DNA of 64,000 bases from Catajapyx aquilonaris (taxonomy: Eukaryota), in contig JYFJ02000077.1 in assembly GCA_000934665.2 (NCBI GenBank), positions 124,001 through 188,000 on the forward strand, in the 5' to 3' direction. The notes beneath the pieces are model-generated. The model did no database searches and had not been told where the DNA came from. It saw only the letters and a list, made by a program, of their open reading frames with translations. Shown here piece by piece: positions 26,801 through 40,195 of this stretch (position 1 is the first letter of the stretch; each line of letters begins with the position of its first letter). The position numbers were made by a program, and so were the translations under genes.

Positions 26801-28089
26801 CAGCAAGGCCATAGCATGTGCACCGCATGGCCCAGCCCCCAGCCCCCCTCCCAGAACCAGCTCCATCAAATTCCGTCTGGTTCTTACCGGATGGGCGTGC
26901 ACCTCTGTTCCCGCTCCATTGAACACAACCGTTAGCCCTCGTTTCACCTGGTGACGTCACGAGACCCAAAGTGACATGAATGAATGGGCCAGGAGGAGCG
27001 AATCGGAAGTGGGTGGGTGGGTGGATATGAAAATTAGGCAGGAGGATCTGGCAACATCGCAAAGGGTGAGGGGGACTGTTGTAGGGAGGCCAGCCTCGAA
27101 AACTAAGCGCTGGCGCCTTTTGTTATCTAGGCCAGCATCGGGCACGCCCCACAGCCCACCCCCTGGCCACGGCGGGGGTGGGAGGGATTGAAGGTATAGA
27201 GTTGGGAGGGAGAGGCTTCCAGGGTCGTCTGGTGGGTGGGGGGAGAGATGTTGATGCTGGAGGTGGGACAGCTGTGGAGTTGGGGGAGAGAGAGAGCAAG
27301 GCAGGCAGGGGCACATCTCATCCTAAAGTCCCGTCCCACATCTCTGCGCCGAACTCCTCCCGCGCACCGCCTTTCCTGCCTCTTTCCACCCGGCCTAACC
27401 GATTCCCGCCCTGTCACTGCCACCTGGGAATGGCACTCATTCCAGGCACGTGGTCACCATGTCCAGCCCTAAACCAGTCGGATCAAGTACTCACCCGTGA
27501 TGTGTGACGCTGGCAGGCCTCGAAGAGATGTCCAAGCCGGTCCAAGCAATCCGTGAACACACTGTGACGGGTGTGACAATCCAGATGGCAGTAGTGCGAA
27601 CCTGCAGATGAATATCTGGGATATTTACTTTCTGTATGTTACTGTTAACAATTACGAGCTAAATGATACGATCACACTTGGCAAATCCAGAGGAGGGGGA
27701 GGCAGTCACGTGAACACCTCTTTATGTCACCAACCAAGGAGCTCGCTATGTGCCATCCTCTCCTGCTAGTCAGAAATGGAACGACCCGATGATGCAAAAA
27801 CATCGCCATCAGAACCCCCACTTTCACTTCTTGGCCTGCCAATGCGGACCAGTCGCTTCCAAGGGGTTATTCCAAGGGTTATTCACTTTTTTTTTTCCTT
27901 TTTTTGCGTACATGGACTGCTACAGCGTTATTAGCTCGAGGGTATACAGTCCCGAGTTGAATGCACAAGATAGTATATGTCTTGGTATATCATCAGGTTT
28001 TTCGTCACTAATGTTGTCATTAATAAGTGACAATGCCAATGGCAATACAGGCGTCGACAAATAGGCGTGCCATCGACGAATCCTAATCT

Positions 28090-28250
28090 AGTAGTGGTTA
28101 GCTCCAGAGTTCGAATCCCGGGGCCGACTACCCTTAGTTTTCAGTGTGTTCACCTCAGGCGCTTCCAGGATAATTTCTGGGCGGTTTCCTTTCCAGAATG
28201 GCCACAGCCACTTCCTTCTTTCCCTCCCTTCTCATCTATTGTGTCGTACT
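28090..28250 (+). mobile_element. tRNA-derived SINE fragment
   Basis: A-box-like GTAGTGGTTAG and B-box GTTCGAATCCCGGGGCCG, then a body (cttccagga.aatt...ggccacagccacttccttc) shared with the copy at 46974-47282. Confidence 0.6.
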
Positions 28251-28879
28251 GGCTTAGTTACTGATTCCTATCTACTTCCTTTGTCATGGCGGATTAGGTG
28301 GTGTGGCGGGGAAATCCTCATTCCTATGAAACACATGTATGGCGGTAACCAACTTCTCTGAATTCGGCCCTTAGTGTGCACATGGTGCACATACCCTTTG
28401 GGACATAGGCACATAGCCCTCTCCATTATTATGATTTTTAAAGTAGCCTACTGGCAATGTATGTGTATAACAAGTCTTATGATCCATCCCAGGCTACACC
28501 CACACACTCTCACCTCTGTGCCATATCACTTTTATTCTCATGCGCGGTGACGTCAATGGCAGAGGGCGCCATGGAAACCATTCAAGCTGCATGATTGTGC
28601 TCCACCATTGATAATCAAGTCCCTCATGGCCTCATCCCATATAATCACAGACATACCAGGTATATTCCTTCAGCAACCGCCTGATGGGTAACGTTCACAC
28701 ATGGCATGACCTCATTGCCCATTCACACACAAAAAAGGGGGAAGGAGGGGAGTACAACTACACGCACGTCCCATCAACCACCTGCCGAGAAGGCGTCGTG
28801 AGGTGGGAGTCCCCCACCCACCCACCCAGCGACTCCACCCCCGGGTTCAACATATCATATGGGGCTTGGCGGTCGGGAC

Positions 28880-29648
28880 GGACGCCCCCTTGCCTCCCCA
28901 TGCAAAGAGATATGGCGGGGCGGGGGTGTGTAACCGGCTGGGGTGGAGGGTGGGAGGCGGCCCTGTGCAAATTTAGCCGGCTCCGGCTTGGCCCAGGCCC
29001 CGCCACCTGCCAATCAGCGCGCCCTCCAAGGTCCCCTCCCTTTGCCCTCCCAAATCTACCCCCGTGGTGGTGACGCCGCCGCCGCCGCCGCCCGCCGCCA
29101 TACCACCCCCCCAGCCCTCCCTGCTTACCCTCCTTTCCACCCGCCCTTGACTCTTCCTATTCCCACGCCAGCCTCTTCCATCAGGATCATACGGGTAATG
29201 GACCCCAGCTCGCATGCCGACATGTTTGGTCCTGCACTGCCTACTAGCGTGCGGACCCAAAATGGCGCACGGCGTGACCATACCGCGCAATGCTCGTAGC
29301 AACCCCGCTCCGCCCCATGTTGCCGCCCCTGGTGTCCCCTTCACTTGCTAGGCCGCGAACTGCCCGCAAGCAACCCCTCGATCTGGTGTCCACAGTGACC
29401 CCAGGGCAGAGTGCCACGGTCTAACCCGGGGGCAGACCCAACCCAGCAGCCCCGATCAGTGCCGACGCCCTTCCAAGCCGGCAACCCCGCATCCCCCTCC
29501 CCCTCTCCTTCTGCCCTCCCCCTTTTCCGCCCTTCGCCTGTTGGCCACCGCCCAGATGGACGCGAGTGCTCCCAGTGTGTAGGTCTGCTCTCCCGTCCCA
29601 CCCAGGTCCCTCCCTCCCTGCTCGACCCAGGGGCGCGCTGTGGGCAGC
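28880..29648 (+). promoter_or_regulatory. GC/CpG-rich promoter and 5'UTR region of the Sp gene
   Basis: GC-rich block directly upstream of ATG 29649, with GC boxes (GGGGCGGGG ~28917, CCCCGCCACC ~28998, CTCCGCCCC ~29308), CCAATCAG (~29010), AAAATGGCG (~29260) and an upstream TGACGTCA (~28548). The TSS cannot be placed. Confidence 0.55.
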
Positions 29649-30246
29649 ATGTCAGCAGTGACCACCAAGAAGGAGCCACAGGAGTACATACTGCCACACA
29701 CCTACTCGCAGGTGGGTCTAAAGACACACATACACACATAACATCGGGGAAAGCTGCGGAGGGGATCGGGGTGGGTGGGGGGTGCATAAAAGGAGGACGG
29801 GTGAAAGGGGTAGGCCGGAGGAGGGGGAAGTAGCGTCTCGCGGTGTTGCCGGATCGTGCGCGGTACACGTAGGACCCTCCCTAAGACCGCCTCGAAAAGA
29901 GACACAGGCGTGGTGGTGCAAATGGGGGTGTTTTTGCCCTTCCCTTTTATTGTTCAGCCGAGGGAGGGATGTCACTGGGGGGGGATGTGCCTTGACCTTA
30001 AGTTCACTGCGCTCTTGACCCCACCGTGTAGTGTAGTTGGAGGGTGGTTACATGTAACATGTGTGTGACTGTAATAGAGTGTAGGTAGGATCAGGTGGTA
30101 GAGCACATGACGAGAGGGGGTCGTTGTTTTGTGCCACAGCAGCAGGAGGTGCAGCCGTCCCCACTGGCCCTTCTGGCCGCCACCTGCAGCAAGATTGGAA
30201 GCGGGGCAGAAGGCGCCGTCGAACAACAATCACAACAACAGCAACC

Positions 30247-30286
<40 letters not shown>

Positions 30287-33200
30287 CAACAGCAAGTGGT
30301 CATATCCGCAGCATCCCAGCCGCAGCAGCAGACAGTGACTCTGATCCAGAACCACCACCACCATCACCACCAGCAGCAACAGGCCCAGCAGCAGCAGCAG
30401 TTAGTCCACAGCCTCCTTCAAGGGCAAGTGGTGGCGGCTGCCCAGCAGGCCGGCCCCGGGGTTGCCTCCGGGGCCGAGGTGGTGCAGGTTCAGGGGCAGC
30501 AGCAGCAGCAGCAGGCCCTAGTGAAAGCCTTAGCTGGCCCCACGGTGGTGTCGGTGCCCGCGGGACAGTTCATCCAGGTACTGTAAACCCCCGTTGTGAC
30601 CATCATAGTGACCCCCTCACGTGGTGCATGATAGCTTAGGAGGCCGGGTGTTTCATTATATACGACCATCCTCCAACGCCGTGCTTTCTTCTCTCTCTCT
30701 CTCTCACCCATCACACCGACACATGTAGTACACAAGAGATGGTGTTTTTGCCACCGTGTTATGGGTGGGGATGGGGATGGTGTACCGGTGGTATTAAACC
30801 GCATGATCCGTCGGCAGCTCCGCCCAACTCCTCCTACTTTCCTCCTGCGCTCTGCCCCTCTGGCAATTGCTGGGTGGGGCTTGCTTCATTCATTCCAACT
30901 ACACACACACACACCGTTACCCCTTCCACCCCCCACCCCCTCCAAATCATGGATCTAGGACCACCTTTTTTCGGGTTTTAATTACACGGAGGGGGGGATA
31001 CCGGAGAGGCGGCTGGTCTACCTTGGGTTCGAGAGTAGCGGTGCGGCTGCGTTGCGTGCTTGCGTTTAAATATTTATTAGGCAGTATGTGGTGACCTTCC
31101 CACGACAGGGATAGGTGACGTGTGACGAGGGGTATTGATCCGGCTGAGGAAAAAGTACGTATGTGCGTTGTCACATTGGTTGTGACAAGCACGAGGTCAG
31201 GNGGGGGGGGGGGGGGGGGGGTGGCTGGAGCGTATGCACAAAATGAGGTCAAGGGGCCATCAAGATATCGGTGTGAATCGGTCGAGCCTGGGTGTAGATT
31301 CGGTGCAAAAAATATATATATTCATTTGCATGTAATCTCGCCGACACTTTCATATTATGGTCCGAGTATTGTCCTCGGAGTAAGTGCTAAGGTGGTGAAA
31401 GTTTATCTTATTTCTTACCATGCTCGTTATTACAGGGTCAGCTTTTGTTGAGGATAAGTTAAACAATTGCACAGCTATGGTAATACAATGCCCGTGACAT
31501 GGTTTCTGAAGCTGGCAGATTATCAAAATTGCTGTAATACAGAGTTCTAATAAGCTCTCCTGGGTGTGGCATGAGTGGTTTACAATGTGTTGTATGCATG
31601 AGGGGAATCACTCAGCTGGCCACAATTCGGATGATTACTGATTGGTACCCGATACACCCAATAAGGCTGCATAATGGTCAGATAATGGTCCATAAGATAC
31701 TGTATTGGTTCGAGTTACCGATAATAATGGGACTTCACTTGAGCACTAGTGTTTGGTAGTGTCCAGTGAGCTATTGAGCTTATACGTAATAGAAACCTAA
31801 GTGCATTGACAGTTACTTGGGGTGAGGGAAGGGAGCGGTAATTAACTCCACCAGGGAAGGAAGTAGGGGTTCGGGGGATGGAGAATGAAGTCATTACCGA
31901 ACTGTTGGTTTTGTTTGCCGCATCTGTGTGAGACCTAGTTATACTGCAGCCCATCTGCTTCTGAGTCAAGGTCACTTTTGGGTGGTGCCATGCTGTTGAC
32001 TCCTTGTGCATGTTTGTAAGTCGTAAAGGCTGGTCTAGCACCACACATGTGCGGAAGGTGTTGACTTCTAGCAGACTTGCGGGGGCGGTATAGAGGCATC
32101 GCGGTCAGAGAAACACACTTGACTCACACACAGAGACAGTGGGCTGAAGACACTTGTCAGCGCGCTCCCTCCCGCCAGGGGGTGACATGTGTCGGGGGGC
32201 ACAACGGAAGTTCCGAACTGATACAGTCACACACTACCTGTAGACTATACGAGAAGTGGAGTGAAAATTCAAGGCCTTTCAGTCATTTGCAGATGGTGAT
32301 TTATTCAAGTTAATTTTCACATATTGCTGCCGATTGTTGTCATTAATGGTTTTGCAGACCTGGCATTCATTAAATGTGGATTTCCAGCAGCTACTGTTCT
32401 TGACAGGAATAGCAAAATGTCAAAGACAGGCAGAGAGTCGAGATCAATGCTTTATTATCAGTGCAACTTGTTGACAACCACCTCATCCTGTTAGTCATGG
32501 TAGTGGTATTACACATATTGTATATGTTGGAAGCAAGCTTGCATAATAATTGTGGCATAGATTTTCTTTTCCAGGAAGTTTGCTTTCCTTGTAATGGACA
32601 GGGTTGGTCCCATTATTACTCCTCTGAATATTATTTATTGTGCATTTCGTGTTATTAGAAACACTCGATTGCAAGGCATAGTTTAGTAGGAGGCAAGAAA
32701 ATATTATGAATGCAACTGAGACATTTTGGGTGGAACCATGCTAAGTAATCTGTAAAGGAAAGTCAGGATGGTGGATGACATAAACTACAGAGAGTCTGAC
32801 CAACAAACAATATTGCATGCAGGTTGTAAAATGTGGCAACCTCTTTCACAATATTATTGGCTATTGCTTATCAATTGCTACTCCCTGCTGGCTGGTGCTG
32901 CTGCCCTCTTTAGAGTGGTGGTGTGATGGGAGATGAGAAGACAGTATCATTTGCACCATCAATGTTGAGTGAAGTCACACATTTCTTGCAGCATGCACCT
33001 GGGTGCAGCAGATTAATTCGAATCTTGGGACGTGTACGATTTAGCTGTATCGTAGTCTGAGATGCTTTCACTACCTACTTACAATAATAATGTAGCCATA
33101 ATGGTATGAAATGGCTAAAGGGCCATTGTGTTGATATTGCATTTCAGATCCATGCTTACTTCAAAATTATGGTAATCTGCACGATAATACCATTATCTGA

Positions 33201-36200
33201 CGATCCATGGAATCTCTGAAATTAACTGGAAGATGTTGCTGAAATTGTATGACATACAGAAGTACCTGTTATTGTGCACAGTGAACTCAATATCAAGGCC
33301 TCTTTTATGGTGTAAAACTTGTGTGGGTTAGGATGAGCTCATCCTGAGCTTATCAATGTTCATATCATTTATGTTGAATAAGTATGCTGTAATGTCAATT
33401 GGAAATTCTTCTGTGTGAATAATGGTTAACTTGGGTATTTCCTTCTTCACCATTTCTGAACAGCAGGCTCCACAGCTGATCAGTGCTCAAGGCCAAAACC
33501 TGACCTACAATGTGCTCCCAACACAAATGCAGACCGTCACAGTGGATGGCCAAGAGGCCATCTTCATCCCCGCCATGCCCACTGCAGCTGGCCAGCACCA
33601 GACTGTACAGCAGGCAGTCCAGTTGGCTGCTGCAGGGAATGCCCATCACCAGACCATCATCACTCCTACAGGGCAGGTGATCCGGGCCCAAGGAGTGATG
33701 TCATCCCAGCTGGTTCAGGCAGCCAATGTTGGTGGGCATCAACAAGTAGCTATGGCTGCAGGACAAAACTTGGCCACAGTACGTCCAGGAGCTACTGCTA
33801 CTGCCTCACAGGTGGTTCAGTTCCCAGTGCAGCAGAGTATTCCTGTGTCAGTGCCCATATCCACCGCCAACGGGCAGACAGTGTACCAGACTATCCACCT
33901 GCCAATTCAAGCCATCGCAAATGTCATCCCTAACATTATTCAGACATCAGCAGGGCAAGTGCAAGTCATCCCACAGATTGCACAGGTAGGAAATCCGTGC
34001 ATGACATGTGATGCCTTAGCAGGCTTAGAATCTAAACTGATATTGTCGACAGTGATGAACATAAAGCTGAATAACATTATTAATCATTGAACATCAAATG
34101 TTGGATTATCTAAATCTTGAGGTGATAATTCACTGATAAATAAGTGTAGAAGTGGGCCATTTGCTTCATGGACCAAGACAGCCTGGTGTAGGGGCTTAGT
34201 TTGTCACAAGGTCAGCCCAAGTGTGATCCCAGGAAGAATGGGTATGAAGTTTTAGTTCTGTTCATTAATGGAATTAATGCACTTGGAAAATCACTGGACT
34301 AGATAATTTATGAGATGCATCAAAGTGATGAGTTGTGCATCTAATGTTTAAAGAAATGTGACAGAACAAACAACAACAAAACTTACACTCCAATGCTATT
34401 TTCAACCTAATGGAAGCTGCAAAAATTTTTCCGTTTTTACCACTTGTAAACTGTGACTTCCTTTACAGGTTCCAACGCAGCAGGTAGCACAGCTTCTGAC
34501 ACCATCAGGCCAGATACAGCAAGTGCAGTTGGCCTCAGTGGCACAACTTGCCCAACCTGTTTCAGCAGCTAGCCTGCAGCAGTTGTCCCAAGCTACAGCA
34601 GTCACCTCTGCTGCCCCCACGGCCACATGGGCCAGCTCTGCAGTCACGCAGCCCACCCAGAGTGTGACTGTGCAGGTGTCAGCCACCTCAGGTGGAGAAG
34701 TGACACAGACTCAAGCTGCCCCCACCACTGCAGCCATGGCCACTCAGAATGTGATGGTCAGTGCTTCCCCAGCAGGAGCCCAAGCCCAGCAACCCATCAC
34801 CATGTCTGGCCCCCAGGGCCAACAGATCACTCTGATCTCTGCAGCCAATTTCGCCAACTTGACAGCACAGTCTGCCAACAACCTGGCCACCACGGCAATG
34901 CGGACAGCAGCTGGGGGTGTGATCCAAGTGCCCATGGCCAATTTGAACAACCTTCAAGCCTATCCCATTCAGAACATTCCAGGGCTGGGTAATGTCCAAC
35001 TCATCCCAGCTGGAGCATTACTTGGTCAGGGTGGGACGACAGTGCAAGTAGCAGCAGCACCCAGTGCAACTGCTAGTGCCACTGCCCAACATGCTGCTAC
35101 AACTGCCACAGCACAGCTGTCAACAGTACAGGCTCTTCCTGCTGGAACACAGATTATTGGTGAGCTTTCCTGTTCAAAATGGTAATTGTGCAACCAGTGG
35201 TTTTACAACACACTTCCTGAAACTTTGCCCATAAATGTAGAGGTAGATGTAGGATACAGGGTAAAATCCATCACTAATTGATTCATCACTTTTACTGTGG
35301 CAATGCCAATGTAGTCCTGCTAAATACGTGACAGCTTGGTGACAGCTACGAGCTATAGCTTCAACCAGAGCATGGTAGTGATGACACAATGAGAAATAAT
35401 GGCGTAATGTCATTGATAAAACTTTTAATGACACTTATTTAGTACTGCTGTTTGGTGAAACAGTAGGTCAGTGCAATCATGCTGTCAATTCCATTTTGGC
35501 TGACTGTTGCACTTTGTGGTTTGCAGCAGCAACTGCAGGAGGCCAGCAGCTACAGCAAGATCCTACTGACCCCACCAAATGGCAAGTGGTAACGACATCT
35601 CAGGCCAGTCAACCACAAGTAGTGACAGCACAGCTAGCCACTGCCACTGTGGCAAACCCTCCTGCCTCCTCATCGGCAGATTCAAGCGAGTCCAGCCAAA
35701 AGACTCGCCTCCGACGTGTGGCCTGCACTTGCCCCAACTGCCGGGATGGAGACCGCTCTTCAGACAAGAAGAAGCAACACATCTGCCACATTCCCGGGTG
35801 TAACAAAGTGTACGGGAAGACCTCTCACCTTAGGGCGCACTTAAGGTGGCACACAGGAGAGCGGCCATTTGTGTGCCAGTGGTTGTTCTGTGGAAAGAGG
35901 TTCACACGATCCGATGAACTGCAGAGGCACAAGCGGACACATACAGGCGAGAAGAGGTTTCAGTGCCCAGAGTGCAGTAAAAAGTTCATGAGGAGTGACC
36001 ACCTCTCGAAGCATATCAAGACACATCAGAAGCAGAGGAGCATGGTTAGTATAACTTGTGCATTGGGCTTAAATTTTACCAGGAAAGTTTTTAAATGTGT
36101 GCAAATATTTATGATGCAAAGCTTGCCTTTCTAGGAATTTGGAGCCTCTGAACTGTTGTTACTAATATACTTCTCTCCAACAGGGTCAGAGCACCCCATC

Positions 36201-36330
36201 ACAGCCAGGATCGTCCTCACCGGATGCAAGTTCATCCGCCGATGAAAAGATGATGATTACAATCCAAACAGAGGCTGACCAGTCAGAGTTGGCCATCAGT
36301 GAGGGAATGGAATCATCAATGTCAAATTAA
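29649..36330 (+). CDS. Sp1-4: Sp-family transcription factor, Sp1-4 class (~792 aa)
   Basis: Exons 29649-29711, 30140-30577, 33464-33985, 34469-35159, 35527-36044, 36184-36330 (2379 nt, in phase). Sp box [16 protein letters not shown], long Q-rich activation regions, Btd box [12 protein letters not shown], and three C2H2 fingers ([67 protein letters not shown]). Confidence 0.95.
30224..30295 (+). repeat. Coding CAG/CAA trinucleotide repeat (polyQ) in the Sp gene
   Basis: (CAG)n(CAA)n run encoding [24 protein letters not shown]; further polyH/polyQ runs at ~30352-30400 and ~30498-30513. Confidence 0.9.
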
Positions 36331-36740
36331 GCAGCTGAATCTGAAAGAACACAGTGGTGCCTTCATGCTTCTGAATTCCTACAAATTGTAGACAAGGATT
36401 TGTACAATGAGTGTTTTACCTATACACAAGTATTTTGTACATGTTTGTTTATAGTTACCTGTTTTTAAATGTGGAGGAAGTGTTTTATGATGTTAATAGT
36501 ACAAGGTACTATAATTCACTCCATTATTTTTATATGCACCTTGATCAACATGCCATAATATATACAGAGCTCATCAGGAGGCAAAGAAAACGAGAACTCC
36601 AAGCCTAGTTTTTTATTATTATTCAGGTATTCCTATATCCCACTTGATATACAGAAAAGTAACAAAAAAAAACGGGGCATTTCTGGAATGAGGAAGGGCA
36701 GGTGAGGTGATGTATTTAAATTTTGTTGCTGTTGGATCAT

Positions 36741-38144
36741 TCAAGAGCGGGTGTACTTTCCCCAGATGTGCAGCATGAACACAGAAGCAATAAAGAGGAG
36801 GGACATAACCAAGACTGGTACTGGTCCCACACGGATGCCAGGAGAATCGTCAGTGTAGAATCGCCACATGCCACCAGTGCTGGTCCCACCTCGCATGCGA
36901 CTGGGAGCAGCAGCGGCTGTTTTCCTAATTGACAAACATTGTTATTCTGGAGCAATTCTAATGGAATAGGATAAATATTGAAGTGCCAGAAAGAATCAAA
37001 AATGTTGCAGCACATAATGAACTCTTTCACTGCAACTACCAAAAATATGCAGTATTTCCTTTCAGATCATGATGGAAATGATTTAAATGTTTGTTCCTGG
37101 ACTTGTTTGTGCTTACAGTTCAGTGGCTCTCTTTCATATGCATGGACATGGTACATGTAGAACTAACATACTTATTATTGGTTCTAAGAGTAGATAAGAT
37201 AGTGGTATTATCCAGTCCCTGGCAATGACATAACAAACACCAATATTTTCAAGTACGAGTTCATATTTTGTTGCACTACACCAGAACTTTCACTAAATTA
37301 TTGTACAATAAAAGCCTGTGTACAGCAGAAAAAGTATAGTTACCTCTGACGGACAACACCACCACTAGAGCTACGAGAAGCAACGGCTTTTGTTGGGGAC
37401 CTCCCTCCGGAGCCCACTGAAGTTGAGCTTGGCGCTGCTGGCTGTAAATAACAACATGTTTCGTTGAAATGTACACTATACATATTGAAATTATAATTTT
37501 TGCTCTCAACGAAGCAGTAAAGCTTTCTTATTCATTTTTTATTCTTTACAATTCACCAGGATGTAACAAAATAATCACAGATACTCTTGGACAGAAAACT
37601 CGGCTGTGTGACCTGAACCCTAGGATCCTTCTATGTGCAGATTAAATTTTCACACTGTGACACAATTGTTAATTTCACATCTTTTCCACATAAGTTTTGC
37701 GCCTTGTAGGTTCCTAATATTCTGCTATGGGTTATTCTGAGACTGCAGTGAAAAGTTACGCATTGAGGGGTACCTGTGACTATTACAGCCAACCAGGAAG
37801 GGGTAACCTTATGCTGCATAGCTACTTCACTACAACATAAGATACCAGCTGGCAGCTGCTATTACAAACCCAGGCTCCAAACCACTGGGCTCCACGATTC
37901 TATAGGGTTATTCACATCTCACATGCCCAATAAATGAGTCAAGTCTCAAGTGCTGAGAAATTTGTCCTGATTTTACGTGACATTAAACTCCTGTCCAAAT
38001 GGATGGTAACATTTCATACGGACATGGTGTGGTGTATGGTGGTGGTGGTGGGTCATACGGACATGTGGTGTAAATATTATGTTGTAGTGCAGTTGCAGGG
38101 ATTCAAACCTTGCTCCCACCTGTGCAAGACCGCATGCTTACCAT
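36741..38144 (-). CDS. Sec61beta: Protein transport protein Sec61 subunit beta (94 aa)
   Basis: Minus-strand exons 38144-38142 (ATG|gtaagc), 37441-37344, 36924-36741. Translation [36 protein letters not shown]...[50 protein letters not shown] on the minus strand at ~36612-36617. Confidence 0.96.
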
Positions 38145-40195
38145 GATTGCGCTTGGCTATGTGATTGTCAGACGACTGTGGTTGTTGGTGGGTCACGGTG
38201 CGACCTGTCCGACGGCGTGTGCCTGCCTGCGTGTGGACTGGAGGGACAACGGGGCACGTCCTGGTCGAGAGTTGCCTTTCCCCCCTGAAGAACCCGAGCC
38301 AAGTCAGCTCCACGTCCGCATTCGGCGACTGCCTGGTGGAGACCTCCACCGGCCGGGGAAGGAAGTCTCACTCGAATCCTGTTGGCAACTCTGATCCATC
38401 TGGCAACCCTGATCAATTCCCTCCACACTCTTGAATATGTGGGTCAAGATACTCGTGCACCTGCCTGACCCAGTTGTGGTCGGTCGGTTGGACAAGTGTC
38501 GATCAAGAAAGAGGACGAAACCTTGCGTGACATAAAAGGTTGGGGAAACCAACAGCAATTCAGAACGGAAAATTGGTGAATTGTCCATCAAATATTGCAC
38601 AATACACTTACATCAGTATTTTCAACCCCCTCTCACAGATGGACAAGTAACAAGTTAGTGATGTGCACTCATGTATAATCGAAAAACTTCCTCCCAGGTG
38701 AGAAGCCCCTTTCCTGTCTACACAATTTATGAATACCCATACGGCTGAACTTTAGTGTGATCTCGTGTGTAGTCGTATTAGAGTAGAATAATGATTTTGA
38801 TTCAGTTTGGTATAGAAGAGTGGACAAAGTCAAACTGGCTGCACTGGAGCCATGAGGTCTGGTTGCACTATGGCACTTTTTTTGCGGGGGACATCTTACA
38901 TGGGTTGTTGTAACTTAATACTGTACGGTATATTCTAATAAACAATATTCTGAGCCTGTATAACAGTTGTGCGACATGCGTGTATACAGTAGCTTATTTG
39001 ATTTGTACCTGTACGTTATCAGGGTCACTTAATATTGGCAGATTGTTCTGAGTAAGCAGACACATGCAGCACTCTCGCTGACTTCAACACGAATTACCTG
39101 GTCACTTTCAACTACCCAACAACATTATCAAAGTGTTACACACATATTACATAATTATTATGGTTACTGCAGATTACATGTGGAATAATTGCAGCTGTTA
39201 TGGCATGACTAACAGTGCGGTAAGTTGTATATTTGAATGAAAGCATTTCCCATGACACAAAGAGAGGCCTTGAAGATCTTGCCAGATTGCAGGAAAAAAA
39301 GCAAAACCTATACATTATAATATTATCTAAGCATACCTCGTACACTACCATTGCTGGAACATAACAGGATATTCCACGTTTTTTGTTGGATAAAACAGAA
39401 CCTGTTTCATGTGTAATGCCGAAGTGGAGAACATATTTTTACATGCATCATGCAGTAACAAGATTGGGGTTTTGCCAATCAATGTTAGTGCCACAGAATA
39501 TCTAGTCAGATAGGTGTTGATGCTTTTTATATAACTTATGCCAATCTGGATTTCATCTGGGTGAGATTGCACCATATGACCTGGCAATTCCATTCAAATT
39601 ACTCACTAGAGGTCACAAATTCCTGAATATGGACAATAAGCTTTCATGATTGATGTGACTCATAGACTCATGCAGACTACAATCATCCTATGCAACAGAA
39701 GTATGTTTATTACAAAAAAAAAACTCCTAAAAACACATTATGAAGCAATTTGTTAAATGTAGATATTGCTGCATAATCCAATCCAGAAAAAGGTTCAGGT
39801 TGTGTCAATGCAAAATATTGAGGAAATATCTGAAATAATGTTTGGTTATTACACTGTATGTACATTGTGAATACATATAAGCTTACATACTGTATATATT
39901 GGAGATGTAGTGGATATTTTCTGATTTGTTTCGATACAACTGGCTATTAATCAATATTTTGCTATTACTAACATTTGCCAATCACAGAAAAATAATATTG
40001 TTAACAGCCACATTTTAAAAGGCCTTCAAATGCTTTTCTAAATACCGTAGCACACAATTGTTGCTTTGAAGTTTAAACTATTCCAAATAGATAGGTCTGG
40101 CAGGGCAAACCACTAAACTCTTCACTTTTACTTTGTGTAAGAATATCTGGAACAAATAAAGCAAATATCAGGTGTACGAAGCTTACTAGTGGGTA

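Noticed and set aside
26732..29905. Many overlapping Pro/Gly-rich ORFs
   Set aside because: Expected from stop-poor GC-rich regulatory DNA. Only 29649-29711 splices in frame to the Sp box exon.
30091..30303. Poly-Cys ORF (minus strand) and poly-Ala/poly-Ser ORFs
   Set aside because: These are alternative frames or the antisense of the Sp polyQ CAG repeat.
31200..31222. Single N beside a long G run (similar N beside C runs at ~43904 and ~46892)
   Set aside because: These are sequencing or assembly uncertainties at homopolymers, not biology; local lengths may be unreliable.
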